This document shows positions 1-14,272 of a stretch of DNA of 64,000 bases, in pieces (position 1 is the first letter of the stretch; each line of letters begins with the position of its first letter). The notes under the pieces were generated by a model. That model had not been told where the DNA came from. It did not search any database and saw only the letters and a list, made by a program, of their open reading frames with translations. The DNA is from the human T2T-CHM13v2.0 reference genome, Homo sapiens: assembly GCF_009914755.1 (NCBI RefSeq), contig NC_060935.1; one strand, 5' to 3'. The translations under genes and the position numbers were made by a program.

Positions 1-782
1 GCATGTATTGTCTTGATAAACATCTTAAACAACAGAAGACAGGGTTCAAGAGCAGAGAACTGGTCTGACCAAAAATTTACCAGGCTGGAATTTCCCAATC
101 CTAGTAAGCCTGAGGGTACTGCAGGAGACCAGGGCGTATTTCAGTAGTCCTTATCTCAACCACATAAGACAGACACTCCCAGAGCGGCCGTTTATAGACC
201 TCCCCCCAAGAATGCATTCCTTTCCCAGGGTCTTAATTATTAATATTCCTTGCTAGGAAAAGAATTTAGCAATATCTTCCCTACTTGCACATCCATGTAT
301 AGGCTCTCTGCAAGAAGAAAAATATGGCTCTATTCTGCCCGACCCCGCAGGCAGTCAGACCATATGGTTGTCTCCCCTTGTTCCCTGAAAATCACTGTCA
401 TTCTGTTCTTTTTCAAGGTACACTGATTTCATATTGTTGAAACACACATGTTTTACAATCAATTTGTACAGTTAACACAGTAGTGGTCCTGAGGTGACAT
501 ACATTCTCAGTTTATGAAGATAACAGGATTAAGAGAGTAAAGTAAAGACAGGCATAAAAAATTATAAAAGTATTAATTTTGGGAACTGATAAATGTCAAT
601 ATTAAAATGAAATCTTCACAATTTATGTTCAGAGATTGAAGTAAAGACAGGAGTAAGAAATTATAAAAGTATTATTTGGGAACTGATATATGTCCATATT
701 AAAATGAAATCTTCACAATTTATGTTCCTCTGCCACAGCTCCAGCCAGTCCCTCCATTCAGGGTCCCTGACTTCCCACAACA
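1..782 (-). mobile_element. MER11-type ERVK LTR, truncated by window start
   Basis: Minus strand begins TGTTGTGGGAAGTCAGGGACCCTGAATGGAGGGACTGGCTGGAGC, the MER11 5' end. It contains the characteristic ~90-bp internal repeat (about 540-630 and 639-727). Confidence 0.9.
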
Positions 783-1088
783 AATTGTAAAGCAAAGACT
801 TATAAATAGGGGAAGTTAGATAATAAGTCCATTTAAACTGAATACCATATTCTCTTGTTTTAGTCAGATGATGGGGAAGACCATTGATTATTGCTTTGTT
901 TTGTTTAAATAATTAATGTCAAAATATTTTTTGTGTTAAATCTGGCCTAAGACAAATGAAAAGAGTTATTTTGGCACTAGGCTAATGAAGAATTCCAAAA
1001 AAAATAGATAATGAATTTCCTGTCACAGTATATCCTAATTATGATGAAACACCTTAACGAGTATTAAATAAAATTTGTAGAAGGCTGT

Positions 1089-1517
1089 TGTTTTGGACTA
1101 AACTCCTGCAATAGGCCCCAGTAGACCAAAGCAAAATGGAGCCACTCATGTTAAGTGTCATGAAGACGAAGTGATACTTTAAAAAACAGGAAAATTTCCA
1201 AACAGTCCTTTTTCTTTTTTCCAAAATAACAAGAGATTCACATAAACCATCTGAAAAAGGGCCAGTCATCCTGACCCAGCATGATAACTGTCTTTACTTT
1301 CCTAACAAGGAAAGTAACCTGACAGTAACCAATCTTCTTTTATGTATATGCTGTTTCCTTGTTTCTGCTCAAGCTACCTTTCAAAAACTGAATGTTCTGC
1401 TATATCCAATGAAATGCATTCCTATTTTTATAGATGAGATGCTGCCCAATTCATGAATAATTAATAAAAGTCAATTAGATTGTCAAACCCAAATTGTTGA
1501 AATTTTGTTATTTGACA
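1089..1517 (+). mobile_element. ERV1 solo LTR, MER31/MER67-like
   Basis: Starts ...GGACTAAACTCCTGCAATAGGCCCCAG..AAAATGGAGCCACTCATG and ends AATAAAAGTCAATTAGAT...TTTGACA with a polyA signal. Confidence 0.65.
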
Positions 1518-3706
1518 TCACATAATTTTTTTCTCCATTACACTTGTTTTGGCCTGAAATTGCACATCTATTTAGAATTCACAGTACTCTTTTAACTAAG
1601 TTTAACAAAAATAACTTCCTGTGCATCTGAACTATATTACTTATTTAATTTAACACTCTCTTATATTAACTTGTTTTTATTAAGAAACTCTCAGCCATGG
1701 TAGTTCTCTTTGGCCAGCCCATAAGAATCATTATGACATGACAAACCACCCATTAATGCCCTCTTGTTCCCAAAAATAGCCAGCCACAGAAAACCCTCTG
1801 CCTCTCACATTAAACTTCTCTCATTTGAAACATCCCTAAACTGCACAAGTGCCCCCTTGTAGCCAACAAATACTTGTAAAATGTACCATTTAGAAAGCCT
1901 CTCTAGTTTCCAAAATCCCATCTTAATAGAACATTTGCCAGTCAGGTAAGTCTGACTATTTTTGCATTTTACACCCTAAAATTTACTCCTCTTCCTAACA
2001 CTTTGGAAACTTTGCTTAAATGAAAGATATAGCAGAGGTATCCCCTTGCCACAAGTTTATGAATAAAGTCTTTGTAAATTTTTTCTCAGACTTAGTTTTG
2101 ATCAGTGTCATTCTGTTTTATTAGAGGAATATTTAGGATAATGTGTAAGTCTAGAGGGAAGTGTCTTAACACGTTCATCAATTTGCTGATCCTTCCTGGT
2201 ACATAGTAAGAAAACATAGTAGAACTAATTAAAAAGAGATGGGGGTGGGGGAGAGGAGAGAGAGAGAGAAAGAGACAGAAAAAAGTCCTGAATTACATGG
2301 GAGAATGAATACCAAGGTTGGAAAGTAGAATAAGTGATTGTCCAATTCTTGTTCAATTTATGAAATACTAGAAGACACTTAATCTACCACTGTCATATGC
2401 CACTTTTAAAATTTAATAAAGTATCCATCTATTGGAGATCCTCTATAAGCTAGGTACCAGTTAAGCGATTTCCATGCATTGTCTAATTTATTCACTAGGG
2501 AAAAATTAGTGCATCAATGGAAAACTATACGTTTAGCACACCCTTCTGCTTATCAGAAGGTGATTCCATGGAAGAAATCTACAGAATTTACAACTCTGCA
2601 AATTGTAAATAACTGCTAGAAATGCAAAATCATTTTCCTCTGTAGGCAATTTTTTTCTGTTCAATAGTGTGGTTCATTTGACTTCCTTCTCCACTGTGGA
2701 AGAAGCTAGTTTTGCTTGCATTTATGTATCCATTTCAATATTTCTTATTTATGCGTGTCTTTATTTTGGATTTTCCTTTGAAGTGGCTATAATACTGTGG
2801 TTCTGTCATTGATAAATGAGCTATGAAAAGTCTTTAATGTCTGTTCATTTTGTATCTGTATGAGAGTTGTGATTTTAACTTTTTTGAATTTGATCTTTTG
2901 ACCATTCTTTACAAAAACTCAATTGGGGATAGATATTATTGAATATTTTACAGAAAAGGCTTAGCAGGTTCTCATTACTTTCCTGAAAGCCACAAACATC
3001 CACCGTGCACCTCCTGACTGTTAGGTACTATGCTAGATGCCACGGCTGCAAGCTGAACAAGGTTGTCTTAAGCCTCAGGGTCAAGGAAACAAGAATAAAT
3101 CTTTAGTGAGGGTTGCCTTGCATGTAAGCTGCTTTTCATAGATATCTAGGATCTAAAAACATTTAATGAATACTTACTACCCCAAATTCACTTGCTATAT
3201 AAAATATTGAACTCAAATAGATTCAAACAGTGTTATACTCTTTATCTCAACTTGCTCTGTGAACTCTTGCTAACTAAATTCAGGAAGGAAATAGACTTGT
3301 ATAGGAAGAGATACTTGATTATTATCTTCTAATTCTTCAAGTCACCTTATGAGGTAGACATTCTTCCCATTTCTATAGACAAGAAAAATGAGGCTCAGAG
3401 AAAGTAGTGTTTAAAAAATGTAACAGCACTAAAGAATAGGAAGAGATAGCAGGATCACACAACCCAATGTCTTCATTTAATAGATGGAAAACAAGAGTTC
3501 ATGGGATACAGAGTAGCTCCCTAAAATCTCACGTCCAGCTAGGAGCAGGGCTGGATGCTCCAACAATTGCTTCTACCTTCTACTGCATCTTTCTACTTAT
3601 CTGAGACAGTGAGGAAGGAGAATGGACCACATATCAGAATCAGTGAGAAAAGAGAGAAAAAAATTCTTAAACTTCTTTTAAGATTTTCAGGAGGCCCCAA
3701 GGGCTC

Positions 3707-6017
3707 TGATATGGTTTGACTCTGTGTCTCTGCCCAAATCACCTTGATTATAATCCCCATAATCCCCACATGTCAAGAGTGGGACCAGGTGGAGGTAATT
3801 GAATCATGGGGACAGTTTCCCCCTGCTGTTCTCATGCTAGTGAGTAAATTCTCATGAGATTTGATGGTTTTATAAGCATCTCATTCTCTCTCCAGCCACC
3901 CTGTGAAGCGGTGCCTTCTGCCATGATTGTAAGTGTCATGAGGCTTTCCCATCTAAGAAGAACTGTGAGTCAATTAAACTTCTGTTATAAATAAATTACT
4001 CAGCCTCAGGCAGTTCTTCATAGCAGGCTGAGAATGTACTAATATAGTTAGTTGGTACCAGGAGTTCGGTGCTGATATAAAGATACCTGAAAATATGGAA
4101 GTGACTTTGGAATTGGGTAACAGGCAGAAGTTGGAACAGTTTGGAGGGCTTAGAATAAGACAGAAAAGTGTGGGAAAGTTTGGAACTTCCTAGACACTTG
4201 TTGAATGACTTTGACCAAAATTCTGATAGTGATATGGACAATGAAGACCAGGTTGAGGTGGTCTCAAATGGAGATGAGGAACTTGTTGGGAACTGTGGTA
4301 AAGGTCACTCTTGCTATGCTTTAGCAAATAGACTGATGGCATTTTGTCCCAGCCCTGGAGATCTGTGGAACTTTGAACTTGAGAGAGATGATTTAGGGTA
4401 TCTGGCAGAAGAAATTTCTAAGCAACAAAGCATTCAAGAGGTAACTTGGGTTCTCTTAGAAGCTATTCAGTTTTATGCATTCACAAAGATATGGTTTGGA
4501 ATTGAAACTTATGTTTAAAAAGAAAGCAGAACATAAAAGTTTGGAAAATTTGCAGCCTGATGATGCGATAGAAAAGAAAACCTCATTTTCTGAGGAGAAA
4601 TTCAAGCTCACCACAGAAATTTGCATAAGTAATGAGGAGCCAAATACTAATCACCAAGAAAATGGGGAAAATATCTCCAGGGCATGTCAGAGGTCTTCAT
4701 GGCAGCCCCACCCATCACAGGCCAAGAAGCCTAGAAGAAAAAACTGGTTTCATGGGCCAGGGCCCAGGACCTTGCTGTTTTTTGCAGCCCTGGGACTTGG
4801 TGTCCTGCATTCCAGCTGAACATTTTTAAATTGGGCCAAGGTACAGCTCAGGCCATTGCTTCAAAGGATGCAGGCCCCAAGACTTGTCAGCTTTCCTGTG
4901 GTATTGATCCTGAGGGTGCACAGAAGAATTGAGGTTGGGGAACCTCCACCTAAATTTCAGAGGATGTATGGAAATGCCTGCATGTCCAGAGACAAGTTTG
5001 CTGAGGGGCATAGCCCTCATAGAGAACCACTGCTAGGGCAGTGTGGATGGGAAATGTGGGATTGGAACTCCCACACAGAGTCCCCGCTGGTGTACTGCCT
5101 AGTGGAGCTGTGAGAAGAGGGCCACCATCCTCCAGACCCCAGAATGGTAGATCCACTGACATTTTGCACTGTGTGCTGGGAAAAGCCACAGACACTCAAT
5201 CCTAGCCCATGAAAGAGGCTGGGAGGGCTGCTATTCCCTGCAAAGCCACAGGTGCAGAGCTGCCCAAGGCCATGAGAGCTCACTTCTTGCATCAGTGTGC
5301 CCTGAATGTGAGAAATTGAGTCAAAGGAGCTCATTTTGGAAGTTTAAGGTTTAATTCCTGCCCTGTTGGATTTTGGACTTGCATGGGACCTACAGCCCCT
5401 TTGTTTTGGCCAATTTCTCCCATTTTGAATGGGTGTATTTACTCAATGCCTGGACTCCCATTGTATCTAGGAAGTGATTAACTTGCTTTTGATTTTACAG
5501 GATCATAGGCAGAAGGGACTTGCTTTGTCTCAGATGAGACTTTGAACTTTGACTTTTGGGTTAATACCGAATTAAGACTTTGGGGGACTGTTGGAAGGGC
5601 ATTATTGTTTCTTAAGTTGAGGCCATGAGATTTTGGAGGGGTCAGGAGGGAGTGATATTGTTTGGCTCTGTGTTCCCACCCAAATCTCACCTTGAATTAT
5701 AATCCCCATAATACCCACGTGTCAAAGACAGGACCAGGTGGAGATAATTGAATCATGGTGGTGGTTTCCCCCATGCCATTCTCTTGAGGGTGAGTGAGTT
5801 CTCACAAGATCTGATGGTTTTTTAAGTGTCTGGCATTTCCACTGTTGTCACTCATTCTCTCTCCTGCTGCCCTGTGAAGAGGTTCATTTCACTATGATTG
5901 TAAGTTTCCTGAGGCCTCCCCAGCCATGCAGAAATGTGAGTCAATTAAACCTCTTTTCTTTATAAATTAACCAGTCTCAGGTACTTCTTCATAACATTGT
6001 GAGAACACACTAATATA
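3707..6017 (+). mobile_element. Full-length THE1/MST-type ERVL-MaLR provirus (5' LTR 3707-4046, internal 4047-5652, 3' LTR 5653-6017)
   Basis: Both LTRs start TGATAT(G/T)GTTTG and end CTAATATA. The internal region gives typical MaLR-int peptides (MWESLELPR..., WNFELERDDLGYLAEEISKQQS). The 5-bp flanks GGCTC/GGGTC form a TSD with 1 mismatch. Confidence 0.93.
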
Positions 6018-6645
6018 GGGTCCCTTTTCAACTTCATTTACCTAGTTATTTATTCATTTAGCTGATCTGAAGATTTATCTGAATTCATTTTCACATCTAC
6101 TTTAATATAATTTTGCATGTGTATTAATCTCATACTTAAGTAATACCATGTGTTGATTTCAATATTTCAAAAAGGCAGTGACTGTCATCATTCATAATAA
6201 CACAAAGGCTATTTGAATGATCAAGTGCCATTGTGGCTGATTGAAGTAAACTCAAGGAGGTAACCATGTGTTTAATATCAACCTGGAAGAACAAGGGAAT
6301 AATTTATCTGGTTAATAAATAAAAATATGGCAAACATGCTATTATTAAGTCTATGGGCTCTGTTCAGTAGGAAAAATAATATTGGGTTCACATAACAGAA
6401 GGAAAATACTAGAAGAGATCTTGGTGGTAAAAGTTTTGCAAACCACTTTGCTATATTGTACTGTTGCCTCTGAAGTTTGAAGACCTCTACAGAAACCCAC
6501 TGTCCTGGACAGCTTTGCACTTTGCTCACAAATTCAGGTAGAAGATCCCACCACTGGCACAACAGGAGGAAAAGAATCATTTCTTATTATTCCCACGTGA
6601 AGAGTGTGGCTGAAAATTTGGCAGATCTCAAAATCTCTGGCAGAG

Positions 6646-7009
6646 TGTATTAGTCTATTCTCACACTGCTATAAAGACTTATCTGAAACTGGAAAAGACA
6701 AAGGATGTTTAATTGACTCACAGTTCTGCATGGCTTGGGAGACCTCAGGAAACTTACCATCATTGTGGAAGGTGGAGGGGAAGCTAGGCAAGTCTTACAT
6801 GGCAGAAGGAGGAAGAGATAGAGCGAAGAGGAAATCGTCATACACTTTTAAACCATCAGATTTCATGAGAACTCACTCACTGTCATGAGAACAGAAAGGG
6901 GAAAATCCACACCCATGATCAAATCACCTTCTACCAGGTCCCTCCCCCAACATTGGGAATTACAATTCAATAAGAGATTTTGGTAGGGACACAGAGCCAA
7001 ACCATATCA
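6646..7009 (-). mobile_element. MST/THE1 MaLR solo LTR
   Basis: TGTATTAGTC...AGAGCCAAACCATATCA, the reverse complement of MaLR LTR termini. Confidence 0.88.
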
Positions 7010-8290
7010 TGGAGTAAACTACCTCTTAGCAGTTTATAGTCCAGAATCTTTTAGACCCACATCCTTATGACTGCTAACTATAAAAATAAAGCAGATTCCG
7101 TACTGTTTTTCTTTTTTTTTTTGTCCACTCATCTCTAATCCTTCTTTTCTACTCTACCTTCCCTATTCTCCCATTCTTGTTTTCTCCTTTTTTCCCTAAT
7201 TTCCTCCTCTTTTTCACACAAGTGTTTATATGAAAAATATATGGCCATATATACTGAGTGAGCAGGCTTATTCTGCATCACTTCTCAACAAGCAGAACAG
7301 AGAGGCCACCTGATATTTGTGTCCCTAGTATGGTAAGAGTGCTTGTATTACAGAAGTGGGTCACTTTTTTTTTTTTTTTGAAAAAGGCAATACATTTATT
7401 GCTTGATGAACTCTATTTATGTCCTTTCAGCCATTCACAACATGCCTCTCACATTGGGCTGATTTTGTTTAAGGCCTTCACGCTCTCGAGAGACTTTCCC
7501 TTAGGAAATTTACAAACCTTCTGTTCCTTTCCAAGGCATCAAAATTCTAATGAAGTTGTGTACTATGTAAACCTATGCTAATTTTAGTCATTATGCAGAT
7601 GTCCAAGTATATTGTAGGTTTCCACCTAAAAGTGTTATATCCCTCTAGAGTCAAAGGTACCTGGATGATCTGTTGATCTTTTTGTTAAAATATCCATATA
7701 CCACAAGGCCACCAAATTTGTCAAACTTCTTCCAGTTAAACAGAATCTCCTAAAGTGGTTGGTAAATTGAGCATTGTAGAAATGCAGCTTGTATTTAAAA
7801 TTTCATGATGAAAAATAAACATTTTAAGGAATGTTAAATTTTTATTTTGGCACAATCTCCTGCTTTTGTTCATTTTAAGTACTTCTGCTTTAGATTTCAT
7901 TTAACAGGCTCTATTTGGCTACCTCCAAGCTACCAAAAAAAGTGTAAAAAACCATTTTTAATGTTTTATTTCATATAATCCTAAAGACAATTTTAAAAGA
8001 TCTGCCGCGAATGAATCATTGTTTAACAGAAAGAAATTGATACTTAGTGAAGTTTCAAGGTATGGCCAAGACTACACAGCTATTCACTTGTCTCACAAGT
8101 GTTAAAACCCAGACCTTATGTGAGTCTTCATGTTTCTTCCAGATGTACTATAGGTCTTATTACTTTAAAAATGTTGAGTCTAATGATTGGTCTAAGCTGG
8201 AATTTTCTCGTATAAGTAGCTCCAAATATTTAAATGTGAATATGTGCTACACTGTAAGATGCTTCAAACAGAGCCATGTTCTCTGTAGGG

Positions 8291-8752
8291 CATGAAAGGA
8301 AAATATCTTGGGCCCCCAAAATGACTAAACTGAAAGAAAAACTCAAGGTGGAAACTGCTTAGGGCAAACCTGTCTCCCATTCTATTCAGTTATCTCTCTG
8401 CTCACTAAGATAAATGCATATCTAGTTGTCTCCTTTGGAAAGACTAATCAGAAACCCAAAGAATGCAGCCTTTGTCTCTCACCTATCTGTGACCTGGAAG
8501 GCCTCTCCCAGATTGGAGTCTTCCCGCCTTTGCTTCAAGTTGTCCTGCCTTTCCAGACCAAGCCAATGTACTTCTTACATATATTGTTGTCTTCTGTCTT
8601 CCTAAAATATATAAACCCAGACTGTGCCCCGACCACCTTGGGCACATGTTGTCAGGACTCCCTGAGGCTGTGTCACAGGTGAGGGTCCTCAACCTTGGCA
8701 AAATAAACTTTCTAAATTAACTGAGACCTGCCTCAAATCTTTGGGGCTCACA
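8291..8752 (+). mobile_element. MER4A1 ERV1 solo LTR
   Basis: Starts (CA)TGAAAGGAAAATATCTTGGGCCCCCAAAAT and ends AATAAACTTTCTAAATTAACTGAGACC...GGGCTCACA. 4-bp TSD AGGG at 8287-8290 and 8753-8756. Confidence 0.9.
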
Positions 8753-9284
8753 AGGGGAAATAGGGAGCCTTCCACTTAGCTTCATGTCCAGTTATATCTA
8801 TAATATCAATATAATTGGATTAAGGGCAAAGAACAAGGGCAAGATATACTAAACAACAAAGCCAGACTTTTCACATGGAAGTAGGTACAAGTTGACAGTT
8901 TCTTAGTTGCACCCAATCTCTGTAGTCTTTCCACATACCTGAATCAAAGAGTCAATATTTTCTAAGAAGCAAAACATCATTAAAATAAAGAATGTTATCT
9001 TATAGTAAACATTAGATCAGGACACATATTAACTCTCCCTTATATGTGTCCTTTATATTATAGGAAGGGTAAGGAATTTGGTGTCCCATAGTAGGCAAAT
9101 GTGGCTTCAAACCTTTATGTAGAATTTAGAACACCTGCCCTTGGCTCTTGCCTACCATCTAGGCTTGACATGAAAGCTAAAAGAGCCTTATTTAAGGTTG
9201 AATCATGATGCTTAAATACTAAGGCTCACTAATAGTTAGAAATCTCATCTTATCTCTTTTGGCAGTAGGTTTATTTCATGGTTC

Positions 9285-11419
9285 TGTAACCATAACACTT
9301 CTGTTGCCCAGTGTTCATGTCAAGTCAGTATGCTGAGACACTGGGTTTCAGTAGAGAAAGGGGTTTAATTGTAAAGCTACCAAAGAAGAGATGTGAGGAA
9401 ACCTCAAATCTGCCTTTTCAAGGAGTTTTGGGCTAGAGTTTTTAAGGGTTTTGGAATGAGTCTAAGTGTGGGTGTGGCAATCGTTGACTGGTGGAAGAGT
9501 GCAGGGTGAAGTCATGGGACAGGAAGATGAAGAAATTGTATTCTCAGGATGATTTGGTTCCTCTCTGGGGGTCCTTAAACTGGTTGGTATCAGATGTTCT
9601 GCTGGAATTCAAAATCTGCTTAAGCAATTCTTAAACAAGTTTTAAGATTCTAATGTCAGAAGCCCTAGGTATAGGAACAATGGAAATGCATATGGTCAAT
9701 ATCTAGTGTTAAGTAACTTTCCCTTACAAGAATGTGGGTCAAAGTGATAGCAGTGACAGCCCATCTGCAATGACCACTGTGGGGATGCCGGCTGCAGCAG
9801 GGGAGGAACTGCTGGGGCTGCATGCTCTGGATAGCCAGCAGGAGCTGGGCAGAGATGAGAGCCCTGCACCCTAATGAGTTGGCAGGTTGGGAGCCCCATG
9901 TTCCCTGGCACAGCTGCAGCCACCCAGAAATGGCTCTGGACCCAGGCATTGCTGCACTCTTGGGGGCCCAGGAAGCCCCTACATCCATAGGCTTGGAAGA
10001 TCCTGCTCCTGTGTCTGGCCTCTCCCTGTTCCTGGCACCCACTCCAGTGCAGAGCAAAGTTGTGGCTGAGCTCAGGCTCTGTTGTGACCCAGTCAGATGT
10101 GCATGCACTTGGAGCAGTGCTGACATGCCAGTCCCCTGCCACCTTGGTCCTCTCTGGACTTTGGGCCCTGATGAGGGCAGGAAGGAGGCTGGGTGGTGGC
10201 AGGAACAGCCTGTGGCTGTGGATGGCATGTTGATGGCAGAAGGCAGATAGGTTCCCAGGCAGAAAGGAGGGGGTCCCTGGTGAAACCCTACCTTCAAGCC
10301 AGGGATGTCCTGAAGCCTGGGGTCCAGGCTACCAATTCCAGGTGGAGTCCATGACCTGGAGTCAGAGCTCATGGTGCTTTTTCCAGCCTGCCCTTGGTTG
10401 CCCATGGACCAATCAGCATGCACTTCCTCCCTTGTGAGCCCATAAAAACCCCAGACTCAGCCAGACTCACAGAGATGTTGAGACTACCAGCTATGGGAAG
10501 GAACTACCAACTTAGGGTATCTTTGACTTGTTGGGAGGACTTGCCTGTGGAAAAGAGTTACCCACAGAGTTACCCACTACAGCTCTCCTCTCCATTTAGA
10601 GCTGGACATTCTCAGGACGACCTGCCTGTGGAAACAAGCTATCCACTTTGGGTCTTGCCTGCAGAAACAAGCTATGCACTTCAGGTCTTCTGAGAGCTGT
10701 TCTGTCACTCGAGAAAACTCCTCTCCACCTTGCTCACCCTCCAGTTGTCCATGTACCTCATTCTTTATGGATGTGGGACAAGTACTCAGGATGTACCAAA
10801 TGGTGGGACTGAAAGAGCTGTAACACAAACAGGGCTGAAACATACCCCCCTGCTCATCACATTGCAGGCAACAAGAAGGATAAAAGATCTAGGGGCTCCC
10901 TGAGCCAGGGCTGTGACACCCTCTCTGGGGCTCTGCAGTTCCTTGTGTTTCCAAGCTTCTGAGCGCCACTGCATTCTCCTTGTCCACACACAGGTGCCTG
11001 CAGTGGAAGCTGCTTTTGGTACCTCTGATCCAGCCACAGCCTTACACAGAGCTGGAACCTGTGCCAGCACCTGGAGCTGCCTGCCCCACCACAGCAGCTG
11101 GTGTGCCTGGCAGTGTGCAGTGGCTAGACCTCATGCTTGCTCGCTTACACAACCCTTGCCACTCAGCACCTGGATTGCCCTCAGCAGGCATGGGATCTAG
11201 GCCAGCAGCATGAGTGGAGTGCAGCCTGCTGGGCCAAGTGGGCAGAATAACCCCAGCAGGCCCAAGCAGAACTCGGGCAAAGGCACCACTGGCCACAGAA
11301 GTTTCTGGCTGGAAAAGCAAAACCCTAAGGATCCTGTGACAAAAGTGCAGCCTTATTAATGCATGGTTATAAATATATTTCTGTCCAAAATTCTTGCTAA
11401 CCTTCTGAGGATGGCTTTA
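9285..11419 (-). mobile_element. ERV1 solo LTR (MER49/LTR29/LTR47-like), split into 9285-9744 and 11346-11419 by a MER52A insertion
   Basis: The two pieces join into one LTR (...GTGGGTCAAAG|TGCAGCC...). TSD GTTC at 9281-9284 and 11420-11423. Exact family name is uncertain. Confidence 0.75.
9745..11341 (+). mobile_element. MER52A ERV1 solo LTR (~1.6 kb)
   Basis: Starts TGATAGCAGTGACAGCCC and ends GGATCCTGTGACA. GC-rich and CpG-depleted. TSD AAAG at 9741-9744 and 11342-11345. Confidence 0.9.
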
Positions 11420-13557
11420 GTTCCATTCTAATGAGAGGCCAAATCCTATATCTCGTTGAGACATTTGCCACATGTTGTTGCTGCTTCTGCTGAATATGTC
11501 ACAGAGCAAGTATGAAGGCAAGTAAGCACACAATGATCTCTTCCTGATTCTTAGAGTCCAGCAGGCACTGACACCCCCACAGGACTCAAGCTCCAGTATC
11601 AATAAATGCAATCATCTCCTGCACATTTTTCCAGCTTCTTTTCAATTTGATAGTTTTGTGCCCATTTACCATGATAATTTCCACAAGAATATATTCTCAC
11701 CGTGTGAATGTGAACACATAATTTATAACGAAAGCTAAAACAGAAACACTAATATTAAAGATGAAATCTTTGCAAATTATGTCCCAACAAATAATAAATT
11801 TAATAGAGGATCATGAGATTCAAATTGCTAACCATAAGGAAGAGGGAATGTATCACCTAATATTGTTTTACTGAATATAAATGAATAAAGGGGTTTCTTT
11901 TTATTGCATTTGTGTCACCAGCATTCCAAATCTCAATGGGACTTTTGACATAAACATACAATAACGAATTGAATTATTAGAATTACCATGACAATATCCT
12001 ATCTGGCATCTTCAATCAAAAGCATGATAAATAATGATAACTGATATAACTCAATAAAAATGTGTTAATATATTGATTGCAAAAAGGAGATGATGCCAAT
12101 GTGTATCCTGCTTTCTTTTCACTCTTATCCTAACATTAGTAAATAGAATATCATCTATTTTCTAATGATTTGAAACAAAATTTGAGTTTAAACATACTTA
12201 TATTATTGTATTTAGCTGTTCAAGTCTCACCTGCCTAAGAAAGCATCAAAACAAGATGTGCAAAGCATATGATATGACACATACAACAACTGTTTGAGCT
12301 AGGTTTCTAGGATGAACTTGAATTTAAGGAAAATCATATCTATTTTTTAAATTATTATTTCCTTGGGAATAAAACAACATTATAATCATCTGCATTCATT
12401 ATCAAGTCATACTCAGTTTAACTCCAAACTGTCAATCACTGACTTTCTCACCTTGAGCTAGTTACTCTCTGAGCTTGTTTTCTCCTCTTTAGAAGGTGGT
12501 AATAATGGTATTTAACTAAAAGTGTTTCAGTTCAATATTAAATAAGATAACCTATAGAAAGTAGTAAGCATTACCTCTGACATATCATAAATGTTCCATT
12601 AATGGTAGCTATTATTTTTCACTTATCCCAAAAGCATTTTTTGAATTGCTACTAACTGCTATATGCTCTATTGGGAAAGATGCAGATGAAATAATCCTGT
12701 GAGCTTGATTCTTTATAGTCTATGTGTCAACTCTGCTACCTTCTTGTTACACAAACCCCCAACTCTAAACCCCAAATATAAGCAAATCAGAACATCCGCA
12801 GAGAGAAGTAAAGAATGAAATCCATGTTGCAGAGACATTTATCTAAATTCTGTGGAGAAAAGGAATGAGGAAGCTGTCATATTAGGGGAAAGTCCACAAA
12901 TGGACAGTATGTGTGTTACACAAATTCACTCTTAGCATTTATAGATACCTAATGAATGGAGGCTCACATTCAAATGTCTGAATATTTAAAAGTTACAAAT
13001 CATGCTAAATAATTATTAAATAAAATCCTTCTATCATCTGCATAATGTCCTGCAAGGTCAAGCTCAAAATTAGAATTCTCAGATTCCTAGAAGTGTTTTT
13101 ACTGAAATGAAATGTCAATCCTAGGTGGCCAGATCACTTCCTGAAGCCCATATCTTATTCATTCTTACCCCTGTTAAGTCCAGCTTTGTATAAGAGACCC
13201 CACAGGAATGCATGTGGACACTCTAGCCTACATGTCCAAGATCTGACCACAAACCCTATATAAAGTCTACCTTGGGCTAGAGGTACCCATTACAGTAGTT
13301 ATAGCTGCTCTCAGGAAGACACAATGAGAAAAGACAACCTTGCAGACCCTTAAAAAAGAGTTTGGGCAGGGATTTCTGGGTCTGAATGAACACTGGGGCA
13401 TGGTCTAGAATACAGTAGGGGACTATCGGGAGGAACATAGCTTTAGCTCCATGAAGTCCGTGTTCACGAAAAGAAACTGGCCAGGGAAATTCAGTTCTGA
13501 TCCTTTTAAAGGGAGGGGCCCAGGGAAGGGACATCTCTTCATTTTGTCTAAGTGCAG

Positions 13558-13808
13558 TAGTGGTATTCTGGTGAGGATCAGGGCTCTAGAATCAGAAGAT
13601 CTGGGTTCAAATCCTAGTTCTGTCATTTAATAATTAAGTAACTCTGTGCAAGTTGTTTAACCACTACAACTCAGTTGCTTCATCATTCAAAAGGGAATCA
13701 TAATGGCACCTACTTCATAGTATTTGTGTGAAGATTTAGTTGACATGCATAAAGCACTTTATAAAGTAGCTATCACAGGATATGCACTCTATAAATATTG
13801 GATATTTG
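13558..13808 (+). mobile_element. MIR SINE
   Basis: Core GGCTCTAGAATCAGAAGATCTGGGTTCAAATCCTAGTTCTGTCA...GGCACCTACTTCATAG. Confidence 0.75.
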
Positions 13809-13882
13809 AAATAGTAGTAGTGGTGTGGTTGGTAGAAATCATCATAATAATGTGCTAGTTCTGAAATAATTTCATAAGTTAA

Positions 13883-14272
<390 letters not shown>

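Noticed and set aside
540-727. ~90-bp direct repeat resembling a repeat-spacer array
   Set aside because: It is an intrinsic part of the MER11 LTR, has only two units and is not CRISPR-like.
4168-5334. 100+ aa ORFs in THE1 internal regions (also 29785-31027)
   Set aside because: These are fragmented remnants of MaLR internal sequence, not host genes.
10480-10690. Repeated CTGCCTGTGGAAA..AGCTA.CCACT units
   Set aside because: As I recall, these are part of the normal MER52 internal structure and are not locus-specific.
9665-11320. Cluster of long ORFs (up to 252 aa) on both strands
   Set aside because: They lie within the GC-rich MER52A LTR (the two longest run slightly into the host LTR), where stop codons are rare. 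They overlap in several frames and show no recognisable domain.
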